Shown here: positions 30,122 to 39,159 of the stretch, piece by piece
How the letters are laid out: every line of letters starts with the position of its first letter
How positions within the stretch are numbered: position 1 is the first letter of the stretch
Origin: a virus
DNA: 64,000 nt
Direction: 5' to 3' (one strand)
Virus record (IMG/VR): IMGVR_UViG_3300028549_001461
Coordinates: 64,001-128,000 of that record
Made by a program: the position numbers and the translations under genes
Notes under the pieces: model-generated
Databases searched by the model: none
The model's input: only the letters and a program-made list of their open reading frames with translations
What the model was told of the DNA's origin: nothing

Positions 30122-30582
30122 TAGCAAATGTGTGTGGTTGTTCTAATGACGCTTTAGATATTAAAATTAAATATCATAGTAAAGACATTAATGATGTAGC
30201 TAAGATTAGAGTCGGTGACTGGATTGATCTTAGATCTGCTGAATATGTTGAAATGAAAATGTTTGATTTTAAATTTATATCCTTAGGTATTTCTATGGAG
30301 ATACCAGAAGGTTACGAAATGCTACTCGCTCCAAGAGGTAGTACTTTTAAAAATTTTGGAATTATACAACCCAATAGCCCAGGTGTTATTGATAATTCTT
30401 ACTGTGGTGATGACGATATTATAAAAATGCCAGCACTTGCTATGCGTGATACTATAATAAATATTAATGACCGGATTTGTCAGTTTAGATTACTACCTAA
30501 TCAAAAAACACTAAATTTTATAGTAGTGGATTCTTTGAGTAATAGTAATCGCGGAGGATTTGGTTCTTCTGGCAAAAATTAA
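30118..30582 (+). CDS. dut: Trimeric dUTPase
   Basis: GDWIDL, APRGS, GVID.SY.G, RICQ, RGGFGSSG. Confidence 0.93.
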   Translation: MIANVCGCSNDALDIKIKYHSKDINDVAKIRVGDWIDLRSAEYVEMKMFDFKFISLGISMEIPEGYEMLLAPRGSTFKNFGIIQPNSPGVIDNSYCGDDDIIKMPALAMRDTIININDRICQFRLLPNQKTLNFIVVDSLSNSNRGGFGSSGKN

Positions 30583-30593
30583 TAGGAGACCTT

Positions 30594-33161
30594 ATGTTAT
30601 CAATTGATACACTAAATTTAATTAAATATGAAAATGTGAAAAATATATCTAGTAAGGAATATTTTTCTAAAGATGAATATGCTCATAGCATGTTTGATAC
30701 AAAATACTGTATTAGATGGGATGAATTTGGAAAAGTAATTTCTGATACTAAACTACCTTATGCTGTTATAGAAACACCAGCAGATGTTTTTTGGCGTGTA
30801 GCTTCTGGTTTAGCTTCTGTAGAATCTTCGGATTATAATAGAGATTTATACAGTAGACATTGGTTTGCTCTTATGTGGTTGGGTTGGTTTCGTCCAGGTG
30901 GAAGTGTTATGGCTGGTGTAGGGGCACCTTCACTTAAATCCCTTCTAAATTGTACTACATTACCTTTATCGGAAGATTCCTTGGAGGGCATTAATAAAAT
31001 CGATTACGATATAATGAAATGTGCCGCTTTTAGACAGGGTTTAGGTTTTGATGGATCTACACTAAGACCCAGAGGTGCTAAAGTAAATAATGCTGCTGAA
31101 GAGAGTACTGGTAGTGTACCATGGATTGAAAAGCTGGTAGATAATGGTGAATGGGTTGGACAGAAGGGACGAAAACCAGCTATTTTGGTTAGTTTAAAAG
31201 ATCATCATCCTGATATATTTGAATTTGTTTGTTCTAAGACTGAGAAAGGCAAGCTTGAGAATGCCAATATATCTGTTCAGATCTCAAATAAATTTATAGA
31301 AGCAGTAAAAAATAATTCTACTTGGGAACTATTTTTTGAATTTTCAGGTGATAGCTCATATGAACGTATTTCAAAAACTGTACTTGCCCAAGATTTATTT
31401 AATTTAATTGCAGAGAAAGCTTTTAAGCATGGTGAGCCAGGAGTACAGTTTATAGATCTATTGCGTGAAGGATCTATGGTACATCAGATTTACTTAGATA
31501 CTGCTGATGGTAGATTTAAAATTATTTCTACAAATGCATGTAGTGAGAAGAGTTTGCCACCTTATGGTGTATGTAACTTACTTTCTCCAAACCATGCTAT
31601 GTTTTCATCTCTACCAGAGATTTATAAACAAGAATTGGCTTTTATTGTACCCTATATGGTACGTATGTCCGACAATGTTGTAAGCTACGAATTAGTAAAT
31701 AAGTTATCGCCTTTAAAAGAACAGGCTTGGATTTTAGAGCAGACTCGTGAGGTAGGTTTAGGTATAACAAATATTCACGGCTGGTTATTAGCCCAAGATC
31801 TGGCTTATGACTCTGACGAAGCTATACAAGCCGTAGGTGATTTCTTTAAGAACTACTCTTGTGCTGTTTTTAAAGCCTCAATTGAGTTGGGTAATGAGAA
31901 AGGAAGTGCCCCGTCTTTTGATATAGTTTCAGATGTAAAGGTTTTTATGGGGTCTTCTTATTTTAATAATGTAGTTAATGAGCTTTTCAACGGTGATTAT
32001 ACACAAGTTACTCATATGCGTAATATGGCTCATATGTCGGTAGCACCTACTGGTTCATTATCAAATACATTTCCTGTGCCTTGTTTTTCTTATGGCACAG
32101 AACCTTTTACAGGTCCTTATCACTGGAGAAGAACACGCGCAATTGATAAAGGAAAATACATACACTACTTTATAGTACCTGAAAAAATAAAAGAGTATGT
32201 GCTTAGTAAATTAGATGTTACAAGTGAAGAATATAGAACACTTTATGATTTCCCTGGGTCTGCCTTAGATGATGATGGTGTTATTGGCATGCACATTGCT
32301 GGTATTATAAATAATACTTTACCGGAAGGATTTTTTAAACATGCCCATCTAATTGACCCCATACAGAAAGTTAAACTTATGAGCGCTATGTATAAATGGG
32401 TAGATGCTGCTATCAGTTGTACATATAACTTACCTTCTACTGCAAAAGTAGAAGATGTAGCAAATATTTATTTACGTGCTCATGAATATGGTGTAAGAGC
32501 TGTGGCTGTTTATGTAGACGGTTCAAGAGATGGTATTTTAATTTTTGAAGATCCTAAAACAAATGAAGCCAGACATGCAAAAAAAGATGCTCTACAGTTT
32601 TTAGAAGACCGTCCTTTACATATAGTACCTAATTGTGCTCCTAAAAGACCTAAAGAATTATCATGTGATATCTTCTTTACTTCTATAAAAGGTGAAATGT
32701 GGACTGTTTTAGTAGGACTGCTAGACAATAAACCGTATGAGATTTTTTGTGGTAGCTCAGAAGATTTGTACTTGCCAAAGGCTTGTAAAGATGGTATAAT
32801 AAGGAAACAAGGTAATGGTAAATACGAATTAGAAGTAATGATAAGAAAGTCGCCTGTTTTGTATAAAGATTTAGCTACAATACTTATGACTGATGGACAA
32901 AAAGGATTAACCAGAATGATTAGTTTATCTTTACGTCATGGGGCACTACCAAGATATATTGTAGATCAGTTGAAAAAGACTAATGGTTCTATATCAGATT
33001 TTAGCACTGCTATCTCTAGAGTACTAAGTAAGTATGTAGAAACATATACATTATCTGGTGATAAAAGTGTTTGTCCTAAATGTGGTGAAGCTTCCCTAGT
33101 TAATGCTGAGGGATGCATCAAATGTATTAACGAGGGTTGTACTTATTCTCGTTGTAGTTAA
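30594..33161 (+). CDS. nrdJ: Class II (adenosylcobalamin-dependent) ribonucleotide reductase with C-terminal TSCPD and Zn ribbon
   Basis: NC, GEPG, TNACSE catalytic motif, CNL, APTG, AISCT.N, RPK.L...PYEIF, CPKCG...EGC..C. No beta subunit nearby. Confidence 0.88.
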   Translation: MLSIDTLNLIKYENVKNISSKEYFSKDEYAHSMFDTKYCIRWDEFGKVISDTKLPYAVIETPADVFWRVASGLASVESSDYNRDLYSRHWFALMWLGWFRPGGSVMAGVGAPSLKSLLNCTTLPLSEDSLEGINKIDYDIMKCAAFRQGLGFDGSTLRPRGAKVNNAAEESTGSVPWIEKLVDNGEWVGQKGRKPAILVSLKDHHPDIFEFVCSKTEKGKLENANISVQISNKFIEAVKNNSTWELFFEFSGDSSYERISKTVLAQDLFNLIAEKAFKHGEPGVQFIDLLREGSMVHQIYLDTADGRFKIISTNACSEKSLPPYGVCNLLSPNHAMFSSLPEIYKQELAFIVPYMVRMSDNVVSYELVNKLSPLKEQAWILEQTREVGLGITNIHGWLLAQDLAYDSDEAIQAVGDFFKNYSCAVFKASIELGNEKGSAPSFDIVSDVKVFMGSSYFNNVVNELFNGDYTQVTHMRNMAHMSVAPTGSLSNTFPVPCFSYGTEPFTGPYHWRRTRAIDKGKYIHYFIVPEKIKEYVLSKLDVTSEEYRTLYDFPGSALDDDGVIGMHIAGIINNTLPEGFFKHAHLIDPIQKVKLMSAMYKWVDAAISCTYNLPSTAKVEDVANIYLRAHEYGVRAVAVYVDGSRDGILIFEDPKTNEARHAKKDALQFLEDRPLHIVPNCAPKRPKELSCDIFFTSIKGEMWTVLVGLLDNKPYEIFCGSSEDLYLPKACKDGIIRKQGNGKYELEVMIRKSPVLYKDLATILMTDGQKGLTRMISLSLRHGALPRYIVDQLKKTNGSISDFSTAISRVLSKYVETYTLSGDKSVCPKCGEASLVNAEGCIKCINEGCTYSRCS

Positions 33162-33240
33162 TTATACATTTAAGGTTTAATTACACTACCTTATTGTATA
33201 TAATGCTAAAGTGTAAAAATAAAAATAATGAGGTAAAATA

Positions 33241-33420
33241 ATGGATAGAACATCGAAGACAGTTTTAACAGAAATGCAGGAACTTTTTAATGCTATGATG
33301 GAAGATGGAGAGAAGTGGATTGAAAAAGATAATAACTCCGCTGCGGCACGAGTTAGAAAATCTACATTGGCTCTTGAAAAACTTGGAAAAGAGTTTAGAA
33401 AGCTATCAGTTAAAGAGTAA
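33241..33420 (+). CDS. Hc1-like histone H1-type small DNA-binding protein (59 aa, missing from the ORF track)
   Basis: MDRTSK..EDGEKWIEKDNNSAAARVRKSTLALEKLGKEFRKLSVKE matches the EKGNKAA..R.RK....L....KEFRK.S pattern; GAGG RBS. Confidence 0.8.
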   Translation: MDRTSKTVLTEMQELFNAMMEDGEKWIEKDNNSAAARVRKSTLALEKLGKEFRKLSVKE

Positions 33421-33433
33421 TTGTTTATTTGAG

Positions 33434-33461
33434 ACGGGTAAGTTTAGAAGCTTACCCGTTT
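33434..33461 (+). terminator. Hairpin terminator after the Hc1-like gene
   Basis: acgggtaagt/gcttacccgt stem followed by a short T run. Confidence 0.6.
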
Positions 33462-33476
33462 AATTAGGAGGAAAGT

Positions 33477-33626
33477 ATGTCTAAAGAAAAGGCTAAGAAG
33501 AATAAAAAAGTTGATTTATCTGGGTATAACTTTGAAATTTTGTGCCCGCCTAAAATAGACCCTACTTTAGAAAGAATGCGTTTAGTAAAATACTATAATA
33601 GTAAACACTGTTGGCTAACAAGATAA
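33477..33626 (+). CDS. Small basic hypothetical protein (49 aa)
   Basis: AGGAGG RBS; MSKEKAKKNKK... Confidence 0.5.
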   Translation: MSKEKAKKNKKVDLSGYNFEILCPPKIDPTLERMRLVKYYNSKHCWLTR

Positions 33627-33641
33627 AGGAAAAGAATTATC

Positions 33642-34481
33642 ATGGCAAAACCATTATTGAAATGGATAGGTGGTAAAAATAAATTACTTAAAAATTTATC
33701 TTTATATGTTCCAACTGGTTACAGTAATTATATAGAGCCTTTTGTAGGTGGAGGTGCTCTATTATTCTACTTAAATCCTTCAATAGGAACTATAAACGAC
33801 TCTAATAGAGAATTGATTAATTTTTATACACAGGTTAGAGATAACCCAATAGAATTATTGGAGTTAACTAAGCTATATAAACTATCAGAAGAATCATATT
33901 ATTTGATTAGAGATGATGACAAGGAAATGGATTGGAGAGACTACAAATCATGTTTACAAAGAGCAGCAAGATTTTTATTTTTAAATAAAACTGCTTTTAA
34001 TGGAATTTGGCGGGTTAATGGTAAAGGTCGTATGAACACACCATACGGAAAATATGACAAAGTTTTATGGCCTGACAAGGGTCATATGTTAAACGTATCA
34101 AGAATTTTGAAAAAGATTACTATTTTAAATGGTGATTTTTATAACACTGAACTATATATTAATAATAAAACTTTTGTTTATTTAGATCCACCATATATAC
34201 CTTATTCAGATACAGCTAATTTTACAAACTACTCTTCAAAAGGTTTTGGAATACAAGATCATATTAGACTTGTAGATTACTGTAATTTTGTAAATGCTTG
34301 TGGAGCTAAATTCTTATTATCAAATTCAGACACACCCTTAACAAGAGAGTTGTTTAAGAGTTTTGAGATAAATTCTGTAGATGTGTATCATAGTGTAGGG
34401 GCTTCTGCTAAATCCAGAAAGGACAAAGGAGAGGTTATAATAAGGAATTACGAGGGAAGTTGTACAGGACTTTTTTTATAA
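33642..34481 (+). CDS. dam: Dam/DpnM-family N6-adenine DNA methyltransferase
   Basis: LKWIGGK, YIEPFVGGG, LNK..FNG..R.N..G..N.P.G, YLDPPY, LSNS. Confidence 0.92.
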   Translation: MAKPLLKWIGGKNKLLKNLSLYVPTGYSNYIEPFVGGGALLFYLNPSIGTINDSNRELINFYTQVRDNPIELLELTKLYKLSEESYYLIRDDDKEMDWRDYKSCLQRAARFLFLNKTAFNGIWRVNGKGRMNTPYGKYDKVLWPDKGHMLNVSRILKKITILNGDFYNTELYINNKTFVYLDPPYIPYSDTANFTNYSSKGFGIQDHIRLVDYCNFVNACGAKFLLSNSDTPLTRELFKSFEINSVDVYHSVGASAKSRKDKGEVIIRNYEGSCTGLFL

Positions 34482-34497
34482 AAAGGAGAATTTAATT

Positions 34498-35247
34498 ATG
34501 AGTAAATTTCAGTCGGCGTGGTCTGGCGTGTTTAAAGAGCTAGATGTTGTAAATCATGTAAATGCTTATGGTTTTTTAGATGTTACTTCTGATAAGCTAA
34601 AAGAGATTACTGGAGAAGAGTCAAGATTATTGGCTAAAATGGATAATAGAAAGAAACAACCAGCAGTTATGCGAGAAAATAATATATCTTTACTTGCAGT
34701 TAAAAATGGTAGATATAGGTTTACTAAAGAAAACCCATTTATTGCTATACCAGACATTTCAAATATGCGTGTTTATCCTATTAAGAAAATGGAAGGTTTG
34801 CTGACTTTAGATAAGTTTAGTAAAGATACTAAAACTGAAACTATGGCTTTAGACTTAGCACATTACAATAGTATATTAGACGATTGTTTTGGTGAAAAAG
34901 TGTCTTTAACACTTCGTAATAAGCGTAGAGCTTCTTTTAAATTTAAATTGGGAAGAACTGATTTTGATGTAGATAAAGTACAAATAGAAGTTGATGGTTG
35001 TTATGAAGGTGCTAAAGGAATACATATTGTAGAAGCTAAAAATTCGGATGAAAAAGATGCTACAATTCGTCAACTACTTTATGCTAAAAAGATGATTACT
35101 GAAGTAATTAGAGGGGAGAAACCTGTTTATGCTTGGCTAATGGTGTATGATAGAAAAACAGGTGTATATAATTTTCATAAATTTTTAGAAGGTAGTAATA
35201 GATACTACTTTGATGTTGCACAGAGCAAGAGATATGTTTTAAAATAA
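34498..35247 (+). CDS. Putative type II restriction endonuclease (DUF6996/DUF6997-like)
   Basis: W..VF...E.RLLAKMD....P...G.Y N-terminus and QIEVD..YE......VEAK....IRQL.Y nuclease motif; adjacent to dam. Confidence 0.7.
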   Translation: MSKFQSAWSGVFKELDVVNHVNAYGFLDVTSDKLKEITGEESRLLAKMDNRKKQPAVMRENNISLLAVKNGRYRFTKENPFIAIPDISNMRVYPIKKMEGLLTLDKFSKDTKTETMALDLAHYNSILDDCFGEKVSLTLRNKRRASFKFKLGRTDFDVDKVQIEVDGCYEGAKGIHIVEAKNSDEKDATIRQLLYAKKMITEVIRGEKPVYAWLMVYDRKTGVYNFHKFLEGSNRYYFDVAQSKRYVLK

Positions 35248-35270
35248 GTCTATTTACAGGGGGTATTAAA

Positions 35271-35693
35271 ATGCTTTTACACGAGAAACTAAAAGAGGAT
35301 TTAAAAGTAGCTATGAAAAATAAAGCTACTTCTGCTAATGACCTGAAATATATTTTAGGTGAGTTCTCCAGATTAAAGGGTACTAAGGATGGTAAGGAAT
35401 ATATAGGTAGTGTTTTAACGGATAAACAAGTTATTAGAATTTTTAAACTTATAATAGCCGGAGAAAATAAGCTTAAAGAACTTGTACCTAGTTCAGTTAG
35501 TACATTAATCCCCCTGATTGATAATTATCTACCAAAGCAGATTTCAAGAGAAGACTTATTGTGTTTTATAGCCACTATAAATTTTTCAGAACTTGCAAAC
35601 AAAATGCAAGCAGTAAAAATAATTAAAGCTCATTTTGGAGACTCAGTTGATGGTAAGGTAGTTTCAGATATTATACAAGGATTAGATTTATGA
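35271..35693 (+). CDS. GatB/YqeY domain protein
   Basis: L.E.LKEDLK.AMK, YLPKQ.S.E.L, DGK.VS..I. Confidence 0.85.
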   Translation: MLLHEKLKEDLKVAMKNKATSANDLKYILGEFSRLKGTKDGKEYIGSVLTDKQVIRIFKLIIAGENKLKELVPSSVSTLIPLIDNYLPKQISREDLLCFIATINFSELANKMQAVKIIKAHFGDSVDGKVVSDIIQGLDL

Positions 35694-36724
35694 TTAAATT
35701 GATAAAAGGTAAAATAAACATACTTATTGATGGACAATTTGGTTCTACTGGTAAGGGTTTATTTGCAGAGTACTTATCTGATTTGGACATACAGATTGCC
35801 ATTACTAACGCTGGCCCTAATTCTGGTCATACCTTCTCTTTTAAAGGTGCCAAACAGGTAACAAAACAGTTACCTGTTACTGGCATACTTAATACAGATA
35901 GTATAATTTACATAACTCATGGATCCATAATTGAGCCATCAACCTTTTTTAAGGAACTTGAGTTATTTAATATAGCTGCCGAAAGAGTAATTATAGATCC
36001 AAGAGCTACTGTTGTTCATGATAAAGATATATTCGCAGAGGAAGCAAGCAACTCTTCTTTTACTAATATATCTTCTACCCAGAGTGGTGCTGGTAATGCT
36101 TTATCCAGAAAAATTCGTAGAGAAGGAAACATAGCTGGTAATTACAACGCTTTTTCTGTATTTACGAAACCCTTTAATTTGGAACATAATCTGAATTCAG
36201 GTAAACTAGCTTTGATGGAAGTTCCACAAGGTTTAGGCTTATCTTTAAATTCTAAATTTTATCCCTACTGTACAAGCAGAGATATTACAATAGCAAACTC
36301 TCTAAATGATTGTGGTGTGCACCCATATTATCTTGGTAAGGTCTTAGTATGTCTACGTACTTTTCCTATACGAGTTGGTAATCTAATTTCCAATTGTTCT
36401 GAAAATTCTTACAAAGACACAGGCACCACATGTGCAACTATTAATTATTCTGGGGATTTTTATAGAGACAGTGTGGAAACCACATGGGATGCCATAGGAG
36501 TTCCTAAAGAATATACTACTAATACTAAACGTGTAAGAAGAGTGGCTACTTTTTCATATGAGCAATATAAAGATATGCTAGTTAAATTAAGGCCTGATTA
36601 TGTATTTTTAAATTTTTGTAATTACCTAAGTGAGGAAGAGTTATCTAGGTTATTAGACAATTTACCACTAGTAACCCACCTTGGTTTTGGAGATACTGTG
36701 GATAAAATTGTTTCAATAAATTGA
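35690..36724 (+). CDS. purZ: PurZ-like N6-succino-2-amino-dAMP synthetase (adenylosuccinate synthetase paralog)
   Basis: Q[FY]GSTGKG instead of PurA GDEGKG, PN.GHT, YPYCTSRD, R..PIRVG, TT.TK.VRRV..FS, and LNFCNY instead of PurA TKLD. Confidence 0.85.
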   Translation: MIKLIKGKINILIDGQFGSTGKGLFAEYLSDLDIQIAITNAGPNSGHTFSFKGAKQVTKQLPVTGILNTDSIIYITHGSIIEPSTFFKELELFNIAAERVIIDPRATVVHDKDIFAEEASNSSFTNISSTQSGAGNALSRKIRREGNIAGNYNAFSVFTKPFNLEHNLNSGKLALMEVPQGLGLSLNSKFYPYCTSRDITIANSLNDCGVHPYYLGKVLVCLRTFPIRVGNLISNCSENSYKDTGTTCATINYSGDFYRDSVETTWDAIGVPKEYTTNTKRVRRVATFSYEQYKDMLVKLRPDYVFLNFCNYLSEEELSRLLDNLPLVTHLGFGDTVDKIVSIN

Positions 36725-36766
36725 AAAAATTTAATATAATTATATATTTATAGTTATAAGCGAGGG

Positions 36767-37723
36767 TTGAATATGGAAGTATATAGAACAATAAATGGTC
36801 ATGTAGCCAAGTATGTCCATGATGACGGCTCAGAAACAGCTATAAAAACTATACCACCTGGAGAAGTTGGTTGTGGTGGTTATGGTAGTATAGGTAATAA
36901 GTACAATATTTTTATAAGTACTTCTGTTGGATGCCCTGTATCATGTAAGTTTTGTTATTTGACAGTTAAAAAGTGCCCCTATCATAAATTAACTGCACGA
37001 GATGTAGTTTTAAATGTTTTAGACGCTTTAACTGCTGAGTTAAAAGAAAGACCAGAACTTAGATACATGTACACTAAAATTTCTTGGATGGGTATGGGAG
37101 ATGGTTTTTTCGACACTTCATTAGTCTTTGAAGCTACCGAAGACCTTATGGAGTACATACAAAGTTTTGAAATGTCTTTAGGTATAGATGGTGTAGATAT
37201 AGCAACAACTTTACCAAAAATACCTGATGGTCCAGTTGATTACATAAAAAAGATATCCGAAAGTGTTTGGGAAACTTATTTAAATCCAAAACGGGAGTAT
37301 AAGAGAGGTAGCAGCCAACAACCTTTTAGGGTTTTTTATTCTTTACAAAGCGCAAATGAATTGACAAGAAAAAGTCTAATACCTAATAGTGTAAATATTT
37401 CAGATGCTATTGATTATTTAAAAAATTTAAATAACAACAACATACCTATTATATTTCATTATATGTTTTTTGAAGGTAAAAATGACTCTGAGGAAGAAGT
37501 TACAGCTCTTCTTAAACTTTTGAATAACTTTAATAATTCTGAACTTCGTTTACTACGTTTTAATAAATGCCCAGGCACTGATTTTTCAGAGTCACCAAAA
37601 TTTAACGAACTGGTAGATACGATATATACCAAGCATAAAAATTTAAAAGTACAAATTTCCCCAGGGTCCGAGATCCAGGCAGCTTGCGGTATGTTTTTAT
37701 TATCTAAGATTTTAACTAAGTGA
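36767..37723 (+). CDS. RlmN/Cfr-like radical SAM methyltransferase homolog
   Basis: S.SVGCxxxCxFC, MGMGD, SL.S.....R..LIP, ND..E, I.AACG. Confidence 0.85.
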   Translation: MNMEVYRTINGHVAKYVHDDGSETAIKTIPPGEVGCGGYGSIGNKYNIFISTSVGCPVSCKFCYLTVKKCPYHKLTARDVVLNVLDALTAELKERPELRYMYTKISWMGMGDGFFDTSLVFEATEDLMEYIQSFEMSLGIDGVDIATTLPKIPDGPVDYIKKISESVWETYLNPKREYKRGSSQQPFRVFYSLQSANELTRKSLIPNSVNISDAIDYLKNLNNNNIPIIFHYMFFEGKNDSEEEVTALLKLLNNFNNSELRLLRFNKCPGTDFSESPKFNELVDTIYTKHKNLKVQISPGSEIQAACGMFLLSKILTK

Positions 37724-37731
37724 GGTTACTT

Positions 37732-38127
37732 ATGGATGCACAGAAGGCTAAAGCTCTTACTAAAAGTACCTTAGATACCAGACGTAAAAAAGAGTTATCT
37801 GAAAAAAAAGCTAAGGCTGCCGCTAGAGAAAAGAGACAACAGCGAGAAGCCATTGAGGTTACAGAGTATATCAAGAAGCATTTAGATGTTGACGTAACTT
37901 CTGCTGCTAAAAAAGGTAAATCTGATATTTGGTATCATAAGGATGATTTTAAAAACTACTTAGATGAGTATACTTTGCATAGTCAATATATACAGCCTTT
38001 AACAAAGTACTTAAAAGATAAAGGCTTTAAAGTAGAATATTTTTCTGATGACTCAAAATCAGAAACATCTGACATTGACTATCAAGGTTATATTGAAGTT
38101 ACCAGAAGTATCCACATTTCTTGGTAG
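37732..38127 (+). CDS. Hypothetical protein
   Basis: Lys-rich ORF with GAGG RBS before ATG 37732. Confidence 0.55.
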   Translation: MDAQKAKALTKSTLDTRRKKELSEKKAKAAAREKRQQREAIEVTEYIKKHLDVDVTSAAKKGKSDIWYHKDDFKNYLDEYTLHSQYIQPLTKYLKDKGFKVEYFSDDSKSETSDIDYQGYIEVTRSIHISW

Positions 38128-38155
38128 TAACTTTACTTTAAAAGGTACTTAATAA

Positions 38156-38398
38156 ATGTTGAAAGATTACTGTGATTGTGGTAAAATAGCCACATGGTTA
38201 TATATGCCAAGTTATTCAGGACCACAGCATAATGACTTTTATTGTGATGAATGTGTCCCTAGGGGATGTAGCTGTAATTTAGAATGTAAAGATGGAAACT
38301 GTGACAACCAAGCACCAGATAATTGGTACCAACCCATTGATGAACAAGGAAGAAAATATCCTTGTTGTGAATATTTTTATATAGGAGAATTAACATGA
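38156..38398 (+). CDS. Small Cys-rich (Zn-binding) hypothetical protein
   Basis: CDCG..A.W.YMP...YCD.CVPRGCSCN...PCCE. Confidence 0.6.
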   Translation: MLKDYCDCGKIATWLYMPSYSGPQHNDFYCDECVPRGCSCNLECKDGNCDNQAPDNWYQPIDEQGRKYPCCEYFYIGELT

Positions 38399-38685
38399 AA
38401 GTAAGATGTAAATTTTGTTGTAATACGGATGGCACTACTTGTAATTTAAAAGGTTTTAAAGTAGGTCAAAATAAATCAAGAATTTGTGATGACTTTTTGT
38501 TGGATCAAACAACTATCAAACAGCCTTCCAAAATGGAAGCCACCTATACTCCGTATCATCTACGAAGTAAAAAAGCGTATAAAGCACACTTAAAAGAAGA
38601 GCAACAAAATAGGGTTACTACCAGTCCTACATTAACTATACCTGATTGCCTATCTAAATACCGTGCTACTGTACCGCAAGATTAA
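38395..38685 (+). CDS. Hypothetical protein with N-terminal Cys motif
   Basis: C..C.....C..........C; coupled to the upstream gene. Confidence 0.55.
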   Translation: MKVRCKFCCNTDGTTCNLKGFKVGQNKSRICDDFLLDQTTIKQPSKMEATYTPYHLRSKKAYKAHLKEEQQNRVTTSPTLTIPDCLSKYRATVPQD

Positions 38686-38760
38686 TTTATTTTTTATCTA
38701 ACTATACTAATATATGATGTACTAAATAAAAAATTAATACTAACTTTAGGAGATATTATT

Positions 38761-39156
38761 ATGAATCAAAAATCAAAAGATGCATTTGATATGCTTTTAG
38801 GCTATTTCAAAGAGTTTGAAAAGGAAGGCACTAAATGGTGTACAAGTCTTGACATTGGCGGCGCAGCAAGAGCTAGAGGCTACGCAAAAAAAATAGTTAA
38901 TGACATGCGTGTATTTGTTGATGCTACAATCACAGAAGCAGGTAAGATACCAAGTGTGCCAGTAGAAGTACCGAAAGAAGAGCCGGTTGTGGTAGCTGAA
39001 CCAGTAGTCGCGCCTAAAATTGAGCAGCCAGTGGTAGCTCCTAAAGTTACCCCTGTTGTAGAAGTTAAAGCCGCTGTTGAAGAAGTTAAAGTAGTTGAAG
39101 ATAAATCTGATAAATTACCAGGTTTTTCTTCTCCTAAAAATTCAATAAAGAAATAA
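38761..39156 (+). CDS. Hc1-like domain fused to a P/V/E/K low-complexity tail
   Basis: EGTKW......AARAR resembles the 33241 product; PVVAPK repeats. Confidence 0.55.
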   Translation: MNQKSKDAFDMLLGYFKEFEKEGTKWCTSLDIGGAARARGYAKKIVNDMRVFVDATITEAGKIPSVPVEVPKEEPVVVAEPVVAPKIEQPVVAPKVTPVVEVKAAVEEVKVVEDKSDKLPGFSSPKNSIKK

Positions 39157-39159
39157 GCA

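Noticed and set aside
11774-33161. Cellular chromosome origin for the window (dnaN, recA, dnaX, dnaJ, polA)
   Set aside because: The genes are divergent and packed in a phage-style replication operon among virion-like proteins, with no ribosomal or core metabolic genes.
13472-33161. Inteins or group I introns in recA, dnaB, polA or nrdJ
   Set aside because: Lengths are normal, motifs are contiguous, and no C...HN/[CST] junctions or homing endonuclease motifs were seen.
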